A DNA stretch of 62,192 bases from Gemmatimonadota bacterium (GCA_040389905.1 JAZJZK010000059.1:1-62192), one strand, 5' to 3'. Shown: positions 40,059 to 50,950, counted from the first letter of the stretch. Made by a program: numbers and translations. The notes: a model not told the origin generated them from the letters alone.

Positions 40059-41063
40059 ATGCAAGCCTTCGTGATGACGCGGTATGGCGGACCCGAGGCG
40101 ACCGAACTCCGCGACGTCCCAGAACCCTTCGCGGGCCCGAATGAAGTCCGCGTCCAGGTCCGCGCGGCAGGGCTCAACCCCGTCGACCTGAAGACGCGAG
40201 AGGGCAAGCTGAAAGTGATCCGTCGCTATCCGCTTCCGGCAATTATGGGAAACGAGATCGCCGGTGTGGTCGAGTCGGTTGGCAGCGGCGTGACGCGCTT
40301 CGCGGTCGGCGATCGCGTCTACGCGCGGCTCAGCAAGGACACCATGGGTGGATTCGCCGAGAAGGCGGTCGTGCATGAGGACCATCTCGCCATGATGCCG
40401 GCCTCGCTCGACTTCGAGGCGGCTGCCGCGGTTCCACTCGCCGCGCTCACCGCACTGCAGACGCTCCGTGACGAACTCCAGCTGCGCGAGGGCCAGCGCG
40501 TCTTCATCTCTGCGGGCGCAGGCGGTGTCGGCACCTTCGCCATCCAGATCGCCAAGTATTTCGGCGCGCAGGTTGCGACCACCGCCTCGCCGCGAGGCGA
40601 TGCGCTGGTGCGGCGGCTTGGCGCGGACATCGTGATCGACTACACCCATGAGCGTTTCGAAGACTCGCTCCGCGACTACGACGGCGCTTTCGATCTTCTC
40701 GGCGGCGACGACCTTGTGCGCACCTTCTCGGTGGTCAAGCGCGGCGGTTCGGTGGTATCGGTCGCAGGGATGCCGGAGCCGGAGACAGCTCGGCGCGACC
40801 TTGGTCGCGGCAGCGCGCTGGCCGCGCTTTTCTGGGTTGTGAGCCTCGGCCTACGTCGGTCGGCCGCGAAGCGCGGCGTCCGCTACCGCTACCTGTTCAT
40901 GCATCCGAGCGGCGCCGATCTCGAGACACTTGCCGCGCTCATCGACGCGAAGATGCTGGAGGTGGTCGTGGACCGCGTCTTCCCCTTCGCCGAGACGAAG
41001 GAGGCACTCGCATACCTCGAGAGCGGCAGGGCCAAGGGGAAGGTGGTTGTCCGCGTGCCGTGA
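40059..41063 (+). CDS. NADP-dependent oxidoreductase (MDR/quinone oxidoreductase-like)
   Basis: AAGLNPVDLK, AGAGGVGTFAIQ, GRAKGKVV. Confidence 0.9.
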   Translation: MQAFVMTRYGGPEATELRDVPEPFAGPNEVRVQVRAAGLNPVDLKTREGKLKVIRRYPLPAIMGNEIAGVVESVGSGVTRFAVGDRVYARLSKDTMGGFAEKAVVHEDHLAMMPASLDFEAAAAVPLAALTALQTLRDELQLREGQRVFISAGAGGVGTFAIQIAKYFGAQVATTASPRGDALVRRLGADIVIDYTHERFEDSLRDYDGAFDLLGGDDLVRTFSVVKRGGSVVSVAGMPEPETARRDLGRGSALAALFWVVSLGLRRSAAKRGVRYRYLFMHPSGADLETLAALIDAKMLEVVVDRVFPFAETKEALAYLESGRAKGKVVVRVP

Positions 41064-41833
41064 TCCTCACGGTTGCGCTCCCCGAACCGCCAGGTCCTAT
41101 TTCCCAGGTGAGTCACACCAACGAGTCGGCCGCCCCGGCGCCACGGCACCCGCGCTTCGTTCGCATCACGCACTGGCTCACCACCATTGCGTTCTTCGCG
41201 CTCCTCTTGAGCGGCGGGGAAGTCCTCCTCTCGCATCCCCGCTTCTACTGGGGAGAAGTCGGCAACGCGAACATGACCCCGCTCCTGGTCATCCCGGTGC
41301 CCTCGTCGCGCTCAACCATTCCTACCGGCTACAGCTTCAACCTGCCGGACCAGAATGGGTGGAGCCGCTCTCTGCACTTCCAGGCGGCGTGGCTCCTGCT
41401 CTTCGTGGGCCTCGCGTACGTGCTTGCCGGTATGCGCAGCGGGCATTTCCGTCGCAACCTGGTACCCTCGCCGTCGGACCGCTCCTTGGGCGCCCTGCGA
41501 CACGCCATCGCCGAGCACCTGCGCTTCGCAGCGACGGCCGTCGGCGATGCCTCATCGTACAATGGGCTGCAGCGGCTCTCGTATCTCGTCGTCGTCTTCG
41601 TGCTCTTCCCGCTCATCATCTGGACAGGATTGGCAATGGCGCCCGGCTTCACGGCGGTCTTCTCGCCAGCCGTGTCGCTCCTCGGCGGCCAGCAGTCGGC
41701 ACGCACGCTCCATTTCGTCGTCACGATCGCCTTGGTGCTGTTCACGCTCGTTCACCTCATGATGATCGTCCTCGCGGGATTTCGTGCGCGCGTTCTGCCG
41801 ATGATCGCCGGGACCACGGAGGAAAACCGATGA
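41060..41833 (+). CDS. Cytochrome b subunit (Ni_hydr_CYTB/YdhU-like)
   Basis: VRITHW, RSLHF, YNGLQRLSY, ARTLHF, VHL heme-ligand histidines; 4 TM segments. Confidence 0.85.
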   Translation: MILTVALPEPPGPISQVSHTNESAAPAPRHPRFVRITHWLTTIAFFALLLSGGEVLLSHPRFYWGEVGNANMTPLLVIPVPSSRSTIPTGYSFNLPDQNGWSRSLHFQAAWLLLFVGLAYVLAGMRSGHFRRNLVPSPSDRSLGALRHAIAEHLRFAATAVGDASSYNGLQRLSYLVVVFVLFPLIIWTGLAMAPGFTAVFSPAVSLLGGQQSARTLHFVVTIALVLFTLVHLMMIVLAGFRARVLPMIAGTTEENR

Positions 41834-42585
41834 GCGATATCTCACGTCGTGCGCTCGTGGGGAGTGCCATCGTGGCTGCCGGTGCGGCCGTCGGCGCTAC
41901 GCTCAACGCCGTTGGTCGTCGTTTCGGCCTCGTGCCACCCGATGCGGGCGGCATCTACGGCCCGGGTGAAACGCTTGCCTACGCGGCACACCGGCTGCTC
42001 GGCCGCAATGCCCTGGCCCGCGAGTTTCCGCGCGACATGATCTCGGCAAAACCGTTCGCGAATTCGATTGCACCGCATACCGAATCGTTCGAGCGGCATC
42101 GAGCGGCGAACTTCGCGACCTGGCGCCTCCACGTGCACGGTCTCGTGACGCGACCCGCGTCGCTCTCGCTCACCGACCTGCGCGCGATGCCCACGCATTC
42201 GCAGATAACGGCCGTGACGTGCGAAGAAGGATGGTCGTACGTGGCGGAGTGGACCGGAACGCCGTTGTCGGGTCTCCTCAACGCGATCGGCGTGCGCCCG
42301 ACGGCTCGCTACCTGGTCTACTACTCGTCCGATCCCGACTGGTGGGAGAGCATCGACATGGACGAGGCCATGCATCCGCAAACGCTCGTGACATGGGGAA
42401 TGAACGGCGCGGACTTGCCCGTCCCCTTCGGCGGTCCGCTACGCCTGCGCGTTCCACGGCAACTCGGCTACAAGAGCGTCAAGTTCATCAATCGTCTCGT
42501 GCTTACGGATTCACTCGACGAATTCGGATCGGGAACGGGGCAGTCCGCGGTGAACGACGGCTACGCGTGGTACGCGGGAATCTGA
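41830..42585 (+). CDS. Molybdopterin-dependent oxidoreductase (sulfite oxidase/MsrP-like)
   Basis: SRRAL Tat-like signal; CEEGWS Mo-ligand Cys; GGPLRLRVPRQLGYKSVK; ATGA overlap with cytochrome b gene. Confidence 0.88.
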   Translation: MSDISRRALVGSAIVAAGAAVGATLNAVGRRFGLVPPDAGGIYGPGETLAYAAHRLLGRNALAREFPRDMISAKPFANSIAPHTESFERHRAANFATWRLHVHGLVTRPASLSLTDLRAMPTHSQITAVTCEEGWSYVAEWTGTPLSGLLNAIGVRPTARYLVYYSSDPDWWESIDMDEAMHPQTLVTWGMNGADLPVPFGGPLRLRVPRQLGYKSVKFINRLVLTDSLDEFGSGTGQSAVNDGYAWYAGI

Positions 42586-42892
42586 CGGGCGGCCATAGTG
42601 CGACACCCTTCGGCTCGCTCAGCCGGGCGTTTTCTTCGCGTGAGCGGTGGGGGCGATGCGATGCACCGTGAAATCGAGCTCGCCATCGGTGCGCGTGCCG
42701 GTGAGCACAAAGGCCGCACCGGCGGTGTCGAGGCCGACGAGACAGAGGCGACGACCCTCCCGCCACCCGAACTCACATGTTGGTTCCTCTCGAACGACGA
42801 CAGACGTGGCTTCTGTAGGCATTCGACAGTAAATCCAGCCCGATGGTTTCCCGCCTCCGCCGGTCGACTTTCGGCGCTCGACAGCGGTTCTA

Positions 42893-43534
42893 CTAGTGCT
42901 CGCCGACCAGCATCACGCCGTAGCCTGCCAGCGCGGCGCCCATCGAGTAGTAGGCGTAGTTGCGATGATCGGCACGGCCAACCGCACTGTGCTCCGCATC
43001 GCCGGCGAGGACGAGCCCCGTGTACGCGAACCCCGCATCGGATGCGAGCAACAACGCGGAGTGAATCAGCCGCTTGGTGCGTCCGACCTCGTTGGACCGT
43101 GACTCGTAGAGGGTCCACAGCCCGGTGACGGTATTGACGGAGAACAACGTGCCCAACCCCGCCGCACCAAGGCTGTGTGCCGACTTCGCCCACGAGGGCC
43201 GGGGGGCACCGGACTTGTCGGCTTGAAAGAGCTGGTTGCCGGCAACCGCCTGGACGGCGAACATCGGAATCATGGAATACGACGCGTATCGATGAATGCG
43301 AAGCATCAATTCGTAGTACTCGCTCACTTCGACGGCCCGCGGACGCCGGCGAACCGTGTCGCTGGCCATGGCCGCTCCGTTTGTGACGCCAGCAGGCGCG
43401 AAGGCGCCCAGCACCACGTGTCTTGTTGTGTCTGTTGCCGGAGTCGCCTGTGCCTGTGCAGAATCAAGGGCGCTGGTCAGGGCCCATGCGATCACAGCAA
43501 TGGTGAGTGCGCGGGATGATGAGGTACGTGACAT
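42893..43534 (-). CDS. Hypothetical membrane protein with several TM histidines
   Basis: Signal-like N-terminus; IHRYAS, AHSLG, IHSALL, DHRN in helical segments. Confidence 0.65.
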   Translation of the reverse strand: MSRTSSSRALTIAVIAWALTSALDSAQAQATPATDTTRHVVLGAFAPAGVTNGAAMASDTVRRRPRAVEVSEYYELMLRIHRYASYSMIPMFAVQAVAGNQLFQADKSGAPRPSWAKSAHSLGAAGLGTLFSVNTVTGLWTLYESRSNEVGRTKRLIHSALLLASDAGFAYTGLVLAGDAEHSAVGRADHRNYAYYSMGAALAGYGVMLVGEH

Positions 43535-43734
43535 GTGCGCGTATACGGGCAAAGTACGCGCCACTTTGCTCGGCCCCTAAGTCCATCACGCGAACATGCG
43601 GCCTCGCGAGTGCTGCGGCGTGCTGCTCCGGGGATTCCAGCTCTTGTCGCCGAAGGGGGTAATCCGCTCCAGCGCCTGATGTGTAGATTCGGTCAAGTGT
43701 CATCGACGGTCAACGACCTACCGCGAAAATTACC

Positions 43735-45039
43735 GTGACCAACCAACGCTCTGCGCACCGTTTCTGCACGGTCGCTCTGGCAACGCTTGGCGTCGTCTCA
43801 TTGCCGACGGCCTCACTCGCGCAGGCCCGCACGCCGGGCGTGTTTTACCTCGGCGCGGACATCTCGTCCCTCGCCGGCGCCCGCCCTCCCGTCAGGCCGC
43901 CTGATTCTTCGGCGACCGGGACTACGACGCCGCCCGCCACGCCCGGCGGTGGACGCGGACGCACGCCATTCATCTATCGCGAGAATGGTGTGGAGACCAC
44001 CGAGTACGCGATCATGCGCAAGAATGGGTGGAATGCATTCCGGCTGCGCGTCTTCGTGTCGCCAGTACGGAGCGCGCCCAACAACACACTCGAGAACACC
44101 ATCCCCCTCGCGAAGGCCATCAAGGACGCGGGCGGCATGTTCATGCTCGACATCCACTACTCCGACACGTGGGCTGATCCCGGCCATCAGGATACACCCG
44201 TCGCGTGGCGTGACCTCGACGTGCCAGGCTTGGAAGCGAAGGTCGAGGAGTACACGAAGGATGTGATCGCACAGCTCAAAACCGCCGGCGCGATGCCCGA
44301 CATGGTGCAGGTGGGCAACGAGATCACCGGCGGATTCCTCTGGCCACTCGGTCACCTGCATGTGCCGAGCTCGGAGGTAAAGCAGGAAGGCAACGAGCAG
44401 ATTCGCGGCGGCTACATCACGCCGTACGACGAAGCGAAGGTGTGGGACAACGTCACGCGCTTTCTCAAGGCGGGCATTCGTGGTGTGAAGACCGCGTCAG
44501 GCAACACGCAGCCGAAAATCATCCTGCACACCGACACCGGTGGCGACTGGCAGGTGACCAAGTGGTGGTTCGATCACGCCACCGCCGCGAAACTCGAGTA
44601 CGACATCATGGGACTGAGCTTCTACCCCAAGTATCACGGCACCCTTGCCATGCTCCAGCAGGTCATGATCGAGAGCGAGAAGCGCTATCACAAGCCATTC
44701 ATGGTCGTTGAAACCGGCTACGTGCAGAACGATACGAACGCCATGTCGCCACCTGAAGCGATCGCAACGCCGGTGCTCTCGGCAAAGACACCGAAGGAAA
44801 AGGGATACATGCAGTGGCCCGGCACGCCGCAGGGTCAGCGTCAATTCATGGCCGACATCATCAACACCGTGAAGCGAAACAATGGACTCGGGGTGTTCTA
44901 TTGGGGTCCGGAGGGCACGCGCGGCGACGGCATGTGGAAGGCCGACGGCAGCGCGGCGCCGTCCATCTCGGTGTTGGACCATCTCGAGGAGCTGAAGGTG
45001 CGTCCACCGAGCATGATGCCGCCTGCGGCACGGCCGTAG
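43735..45039 (+). CDS. GH53 endo-1,4-beta-galactanase
   Basis: GADISS, RLRVFV, DIHYSDTWADPG, VQVGNEI, GLSFYP, VVETGY, GVFYW. Confidence 0.92.
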   Translation: MTNQRSAHRFCTVALATLGVVSLPTASLAQARTPGVFYLGADISSLAGARPPVRPPDSSATGTTTPPATPGGGRGRTPFIYRENGVETTEYAIMRKNGWNAFRLRVFVSPVRSAPNNTLENTIPLAKAIKDAGGMFMLDIHYSDTWADPGHQDTPVAWRDLDVPGLEAKVEEYTKDVIAQLKTAGAMPDMVQVGNEITGGFLWPLGHLHVPSSEVKQEGNEQIRGGYITPYDEAKVWDNVTRFLKAGIRGVKTASGNTQPKIILHTDTGGDWQVTKWWFDHATAAKLEYDIMGLSFYPKYHGTLAMLQQVMIESEKRYHKPFMVVETGYVQNDTNAMSPPEAIATPVLSAKTPKEKGYMQWPGTPQGQRQFMADIINTVKRNNGLGVFYWGPEGTRGDGMWKADGSAAPSISVLDHLEELKVRPPSMMPPAARP

Positions 45040-45059
45040 CTCTCGACAAGCAACCGCAA

Positions 45060-45956
45060 ATGCCCACCATCGCGATCATCGGGCCAGGCGCAATTGGCGG
45101 CATTCTCGCCGCCTGGCTTGCGCAGGACGCTGCGAACGACGTCACTGTCTGCGCGCGTACATCCTTCGATCATCTCGAGGTTGAGACGCCGAATGCGGTG
45201 ATCATTGCGCATCCGCGTCTGCTCACGGATCCACAGATGGCGACACCGGTTGATTGGATCCTCATCACGACAAAGGCCTATGACGCCGCCGCCACGGCGA
45301 CGTGGTTGCCTGGTTTGCGTGGCGACCACTCACGCGTCGTCGTACTGCAGAACGGCGTCGAACATGTTGAGCGATTCACTCCGTACCTGCCCGCCGAAGT
45401 GCTCGTCCCCGCCGTCATTGATTGCCCGGCGGAACGCACGGCGCCTGGCCGCATGCGGCAGCGCGGGCACTCGTGGATCGTGGTGCCGGATTCAGTGAAC
45501 GGCCGCGCGTTCCTGCCGCTTTGGAAGAAGACAAATTTCGCCGTCACCACCGACGACTTCACCACGCGCGCGTGGGCGAAGCTGTGCATCAACGCACCGG
45601 GCGCCATCAGCGCGATTCTCCTCAAGCCAACCGGCGTGATTCAGGTCGAGCCGATTCCCGACCTCGTGCGAGCCATGGTGCGGGAATGCATCGCCGTGGG
45701 TCGCGCTGAGGGCGCAATCCTCGGCGACGAGATTGCGGAGCAGGTCGTTGAGGGCATGCGCCGAGCGTATCCGGACGCGCTGAATTCACTGATCGCGGAT
45801 CGGTTGGCGGGGCGCCCGATGGAGATCGACGCGCGCAATGGCGCCGTGGTGCGATTCGGCAAGAAACACGGCATACCTACGCCGATGAATGAAATGGCGG
45901 TGGCACTGTTGATCGCAACGCAGGACACGCTCGTTTTCTCGCCTGCCTGCCCTTGA
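45060..45956 (+). CDS. Ketopantoate reductase-family oxidoreductase (PanE/ApbA-like)
   Basis: IIGPGAIGG, TKAYD, LQNGV, WAKLCIN, EIDARNG. Confidence 0.85.
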   Translation: MPTIAIIGPGAIGGILAAWLAQDAANDVTVCARTSFDHLEVETPNAVIIAHPRLLTDPQMATPVDWILITTKAYDAAATATWLPGLRGDHSRVVVLQNGVEHVERFTPYLPAEVLVPAVIDCPAERTAPGRMRQRGHSWIVVPDSVNGRAFLPLWKKTNFAVTTDDFTTRAWAKLCINAPGAISAILLKPTGVIQVEPIPDLVRAMVRECIAVGRAEGAILGDEIAEQVVEGMRRAYPDALNSLIADRLAGRPMEIDARNGAVVRFGKKHGIPTPMNEMAVALLIATQDTLVFSPACP

Positions 45957-45983
45957 GGAGCGCAAGCGCAGAGCGCCGCTTCG

Positions 45984-47435
45984 TTACACGTCGTTTCGTG
46001 GGCGAGGGCTGGCGCTCTTCGTCGACCGACTCGGTGGAGCCTTCCATCGCTGAGTCGAGCGGCCGGGTGCGGATCCGGGGGGCAGGACTTCCGTAAACCC
46101 GCGCGGAATGGCGAGCGTGGTGAGATCGACAGTTCTGGCGTGGAGCTTGTTGACTTCCTGCTTGAGAATGAAGCTGACGAACACGCCCGGTATGCGCGAT
46201 GGGAAACGCGGAACTGCCGTGGTAAGGGTCACGCGACCCATCGGCAGTGGACGACCAAACTCGGCGAGCTCCGCAAACGCGCGCGTCGCCGCAAACCATC
46301 GCGCCACATTGAACTCGCCAGCAGGTGCGTTATCGAGAGTGATACGTCCACGGGCGATCGCGACGTCCGGTAGCGCGTCGGTGTGCCAGAACACATTGAC
46401 GGCATTCCTTGCTGATCGTTGCACAACGGCTGTGGACACGAGTGTATCGAGCCGAGGCGCCACAAAATGAAAACCGTCCGGCCATCCATCGCGGCGGCCT
46501 TCGAAATTGTATGAGTCCTCGGAGATGGCGTGGACGGTAAACGTCCTGGACGCTGGGTGCACGAGCACAAAACCCGTGCTATCGAACAGGTAGTAGTCGC
46601 CCTTCGCGGCGACTGGAGCTGCCTCGACGCTGTCGACCAGAATGGACGGTCCTCCGCGCCTCGACGTTATGTCCATGCGTCCTCGTCCCGACGCGAACGT
46701 GATACTCGCCGTATACGACGCAAACGAGCGCCATTCGAGCAGTGCATCCTCTCCCGGAGGAAGCGCGTTGGCGTTGAACGTGACCGTGTCGACGACAAAC
46801 GTGATGCCATGGGCGGTGGTCGAGTGCACGTCGTCCGCCGAAGTTGCGCGATCAGCCACGAGACTCGCAACGATCACCTCCTTGGCGGGACGGCAGTCGC
46901 ACACGACCACCGTGCGAAACAGTTCGACAGGCGAACTCCTCGAGCGCGATTCGCTGTCTCGCTTGCCACCCGCGATACGTACCTTCGCAATTCCTGGAAC
47001 GTCAAAGCGAAGGCGCGCCTTGTGTTCGAGTGGAACGCGATCGTCGAGGCATGATACGCCGCCATGATTGTGGTCGTACGGCTGGAGCATGGCGGTTCCG
47101 TACGACATGGTCACCGCTGTGCGAGCCGCCTCGCGAACGCATCCGCCGCCGAAGGTCGAGAACGTGACCTCGAAGGGCTTCCCGGGTGCGACGGTGTCCG
47201 GCATCGATATGTGTGCCGTGTCGCCGTCCGCGATGACGAGCGACTGTTCGTCACGCGGCTCGGTGGGAATGCGCCGGGACCATGCATACGTGGTGAGGAT
47301 CGCGGCGAGCCCAATGCCGAGAATGACTGACGTACGCTGGGATGTTTTCACGACGATACTCCAGTGGCGTGATTGCGGGTACAGCATCGAATCAAGTGTG
47401 GCCATCAGGATGCGAGCGCAGTCGGCGCGCGGCAA
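45984..47435 (-). CDS. Hypothetical exported/membrane-anchored protein (start uncertain)
   Basis: Long ORF with one N-terminal TM segment and beta-rich domains; no family recognised. Confidence 0.55.
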   Translation of the reverse strand: MPRADCARILMATLDSMLYPQSRHWSIVVKTSQRTSVILGIGLAAILTTYAWSRRIPTEPRDEQSLVIADGDTAHISMPDTVAPGKPFEVTFSTFGGGCVREAARTAVTMSYGTAMLQPYDHNHGGVSCLDDRVPLEHKARLRFDVPGIAKVRIAGGKRDSESRSRSSPVELFRTVVVCDCRPAKEVIVASLVADRATSADDVHSTTAHGITFVVDTVTFNANALPPGEDALLEWRSFASYTASITFASGRGRMDITSRRGGPSILVDSVEAAPVAAKGDYYLFDSTGFVLVHPASRTFTVHAISEDSYNFEGRRDGWPDGFHFVAPRLDTLVSTAVVQRSARNAVNVFWHTDALPDVAIARGRITLDNAPAGEFNVARWFAATRAFAELAEFGRPLPMGRVTLTTAVPRFPSRIPGVFVSFILKQEVNKLHARTVDLTTLAIPRGFTEVLPPGSAPGRSTQRWKAPPSRSTKSASPRPRNDV

Positions 47436-47492
47436 TGAACTGAGGTTACGGGTTGATTAAGTGGCCATGATGACTCGGTGAACGTGCGTAGC

Positions 47493-47534
47493 TTCCTCTG
47501 CGTTCCTCTGCTCCTCTGCGCCCTCTGCGGTAAA
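47493..47534. repeat. Single arm of the ACCGCAGAG palindromic repeat
   Basis: Reverse complement matches ~1324-1365 with one mismatch; no partner arm nearby. Confidence 0.8.
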
Positions 47535-47689
47535 TCTCTCGGAGCTTCCCGAGCGATTCCGTCGGTCTCAGGTGCATTCGAATGACGCTTGCGCTCCGCT
47601 CACCTGGGCCGCAGATTCGCGCATCTGGTATACCACAATGGTTGCCACAACACGGCGCCTGCAGTCCCTCCGGCGCCCGGAGAACAGTC

Positions 47690-50600
47690 ATGATCCGTCG
47701 AATCGCCATTCTCTCGCTGGCGCTCGCGAGCGCCGTCGGTGCTCAGGGCACTCGCCTGCTCCGTCATCCGTCGATCCGTGGCAATACCATCGCGTTCGCA
47801 TACGCCGGCGACCTCTGGAGCACAACGCGCGACGGCGGTACAGCACGGCGCATCACCGCAACGCCGGAGGCGGAAAGCGAACCGGTCCTCTCGCCAGATG
47901 GATCGATGCTGGCGTTCAGCCGCAGCGCCAACGGCAACGTCGATGTCTACGTCGTGCCGACCAGCGGCGGAGAAGCGCGACGGCTCACGTGGCATCCCTC
48001 CACCGACCGCGTGCGTGGCTGGACGCTCGATGGCAAGCGCATCGTCTTCATGACGACGCGCAACAACGCCCCGTCGGCAGCGTACGCGCGATTGTGGACG
48101 GTGTCGGTGGACGGTGGCAACGAGGATGCGCTCCCGCTTCCACGCGCCTTCGACGCGTCCTATTCGCCAGACGGCAAGCGCCTCGCCTACCAGGAAATCT
48201 CGCAGACGTTCATTCCCGACTGGTACGAGAACAGCTATTGGCGCAACTATCGCGGCGGCCGCACACAGCCAGTTCGCATCTTCGACTTTGCGTCGCGCGA
48301 GATGCAGATGCTGCCATGGAACAACTCGAACGACGCCAACCCCATGTGGGTCGGCAACTCGATCTACTTCATCTCCGATCGCAACAACCGGCCCAACCTC
48401 TTCAGTTACGACGTGCAATCGAAGCAGGTGAAGCAGATCACGAAGCACGACGTCGACGTCATGAACGCATCCGCCGACGGTGATGCGATCGCGTACGAGC
48501 AGAACGGATACATCCACGTCCTGGACGCGAAGTCCGGCCAGAGCAAGCAGCTGAGTGTGAATGTTGTCGGTGAATTCCCGTGGGCCCAGCCGCAATTCAA
48601 GAAGGTCGCGGCGCTGATTCGCGACGCGGCGTTGTCCCCAACCGGCGTGCGGGTCGCATTCGAGGCGCGCGGCGACATCTACAGCGTCCCCGCCGAGAAG
48701 GGTGACTGGCGCGCGCTCACGCGTTCGTCGGGCGCAAATGAGCATAGCCCCGCCTGGTCGCCCGACGGGCGTGAAGTCGCGTGGCTCTCGGATTCCGGTG
48801 GCACGCACACCCTCATGATCGGCGACCAGCTGGGTACCACAAAGCCGAAATCGATCGCGCTCCCCGGCAATGGTGCGGCGTATTTCACCGAGTTGCACTG
48901 GGCACCCACGGGCAAGCAGTTGACGGTCCTCGACAATCATCTCACGCTGTGGCTCGTCGATCCCGCCACTGCAAAGACGACGCGTATCGATTCCGACCTC
49001 TTCGAGACACCCGGCCGGACGATCGACGCAAGCTGGTCGCCCGATTCACGCTGGGTCACATACTCCAAGAGCCTCGAGAGCCATCTGCGCGCCGTGTTCG
49101 CGTATTCGATCGCGGAGGGCAAGTCATACCAGGTCACGGATGGTCTCGCCGACGCGAGCTCACCCACGTTCGATGCCGGTGGCAAGTATCTCTACTTCCT
49201 CGCGAGCACCGACTACGGTCCGCGCACGAGCTGGTTGGAGATGAGTTCCGTCGACCGGCCGGTGCGGCGAGCGATCTATGTGGTTGTGCTCAGCGCAGCC
49301 GATCCCTCGCCACTGTTGCCGGAGATGGGCGATGAAGGCGAAGCGCCTGCGGTACCGGCATCAGGGGCCGGCCGCGCGCGTACGGATACGACAGCAATCC
49401 GCATCGACATTCCGAATATCGCGCAACGCGTGCTGAGCCTGCCCGTCCCCGCCGGTGACTACTCGCAACTCGGCGCCGGGCCCGCAGGATCCGTGCTCTA
49501 TCTCGATCCCACCGGCGCCGCATCACCGGCGGCTGGGTTGAAACTGATGCGGATGCAACTGCGCGAGCGCGCGCCGGCCGCAATGCTGGAAGGCGTTCGC
49601 GCATACAGCGTCTCGGCAGACCACAAGAAGTTGCTGTACCAGGCCGCGGGTGGTGCGCCGCGCTGGGGTGTCGTCACGTTCGACCGCCCGGCAACTGTCG
49701 GCGTCGGCCTCGTGAACGTCGCGGCGCTCGAGGCGTGGATCGACCCGCACGTCGAATGGGCCGAGATCCTCCGCGAGGCGTGGCGCACGCAGCGCGAGTT
49801 TTTCTATGACGCGAAGATGCACGGCGCCGATTGGGCTGCCGTGTGGGCGAAGTACAGCCCACTCCTCCCCTATGTGAATCACCGCGCCGACCTCACCTAC
49901 GTGACGGCACAGATGGGCGGAGAACTCGGTGTTGGGCATTCGTACATCGCCGGCCGCGGCGATGAGCCGAGTGAAACACCTGTGAACGTCGGCTTGCTCG
50001 GCGCCGATTATCGCGTCGAGAACGGACGCTATCGCATCAGCCACATCTACTCGGGCGAGAACTGGAACCCCGAGTTGCGCGCGCCGCTCAGCGCGCCCGG
50101 GATCCGCGTCGCGGAGGGCGACTACATCCTCGAGGTGAACGGACGTCCGCTCGCGTCTCCCACGAACGTCTACTCTGTCTTCGAACAGACGGCGGGGCGT
50201 CAGACGACCTTGCGATTGAACTCGACACCGGCGATGGAGGGTTCGCGTCTCGTTACCGTGGTTCCAATTCCGAACGAGGATGCTCTTCGCACGCGCGCGT
50301 GGGTGGAAGCCAATCGCCGGAAGGTCGACTCGCTGTCGGGAGGAAAGCTCGCGTATGTCTGGCTTCCAAACACCGGCGCCGGCGGATACACGTACTTCAC
50401 GCGCTACTTCTACGCGCAACAGGATAAGCCGGGCGCGATTATCGACGAGCGATACAACCAGGGCGGTATGGTCGCCGACTACATCGCCAATGAGCTCGAG
50501 CGAAAGCAGATGGGGTTCTTCGCGCTACGGAATGGCGCGACATGGACGTCGCCCGCGGCAGGTATCTACGGACCGAAAGTGATGCTCGTGAATGAGTCTG

Positions 50601-50950
50601 CCGGTTCCGGCGGCGATGCGCTTCCGTACATGTTCAAGCAGCGGAAGACCGGCGTGATCGTTGGCACGCGCACGTGGGGTGCGCTCGTCGGTACCCTTGG
50701 CATTCCGCCGACGATCGATGGCGGCGGTGTGACTGCTCCATCGTTGGCATTCTACGACATGAATGGAAAGTGGAGTGTCGAGAACGAAGGCGTTACGCCG
50801 GATGTCGAAGTGGAGTACACGCCGGCGGAGGTCATCGCGGGCCGAGATCCACAACTCGAGCGTGCAGTGCAGGAGGCGCTCAAGCAATTGGCGCAGTCTC
50901 CCGTAAAGCGCGTGCCGCGGCCGGCGCCGATCGATCGGGTTCATCCCTAA
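47690..50950 (+). CDS. Tricorn-like S41 protease
   Basis: Signal peptide; PD40 propeller repeats (SPDG); PDZ; IDERYNQGG, AGSGGD catalytic Ser, GTRTWG, ENEGVTPD. Confidence 0.95.
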   Translation: MIRRIAILSLALASAVGAQGTRLLRHPSIRGNTIAFAYAGDLWSTTRDGGTARRITATPEAESEPVLSPDGSMLAFSRSANGNVDVYVVPTSGGEARRLTWHPSTDRVRGWTLDGKRIVFMTTRNNAPSAAYARLWTVSVDGGNEDALPLPRAFDASYSPDGKRLAYQEISQTFIPDWYENSYWRNYRGGRTQPVRIFDFASREMQMLPWNNSNDANPMWVGNSIYFISDRNNRPNLFSYDVQSKQVKQITKHDVDVMNASADGDAIAYEQNGYIHVLDAKSGQSKQLSVNVVGEFPWAQPQFKKVAALIRDAALSPTGVRVAFEARGDIYSVPAEKGDWRALTRSSGANEHSPAWSPDGREVAWLSDSGGTHTLMIGDQLGTTKPKSIALPGNGAAYFTELHWAPTGKQLTVLDNHLTLWLVDPATAKTTRIDSDLFETPGRTIDASWSPDSRWVTYSKSLESHLRAVFAYSIAEGKSYQVTDGLADASSPTFDAGGKYLYFLASTDYGPRTSWLEMSSVDRPVRRAIYVVVLSAADPSPLLPEMGDEGEAPAVPASGAGRARTDTTAIRIDIPNIAQRVLSLPVPAGDYSQLGAGPAGSVLYLDPTGAASPAAGLKLMRMQLRERAPAAMLEGVRAYSVSADHKKLLYQAAGGAPRWGVVTFDRPATVGVGLVNVAALEAWIDPHVEWAEILREAWRTQREFFYDAKMHGADWAAVWAKYSPLLPYVNHRADLTYVTAQMGGELGVGHSYIAGRGDEPSETPVNVGLLGADYRVENGRYRISHIYSGENWNPELRAPLSAPGIRVAEGDYILEVNGRPLASPTNVYSVFEQTAGRQTTLRLNSTPAMEGSRLVTVVPIPNEDALRTRAWVEANRRKVDSLSGGKLAYVWLPNTGAGGYTYFTRYFYAQQDKPGAIIDERYNQGGMVADYIANELERKQMGFFALRNGATWTSPAAGIYGPKVMLVNESAGSGGDALPYMFKQRKTGVIVGTRTWGALVGTLGIPPTIDGGGVTAPSLAFYDMNGKWSVENEGVTPDVEVEYTPAEVIAGRDPQLERAVQEALKQLAQSPVKRVPRPAPIDRVHP

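Noticed and set aside
40930..42585. 551-aa ORF as one protein
   Set aside because: Only 41830-42585 is protein-like; the upstream part overlaps the cytochrome b gene in another frame.
42619..42822. 67-aa minus-strand ORF
   Set aside because: No RBS or recognisable similarity.
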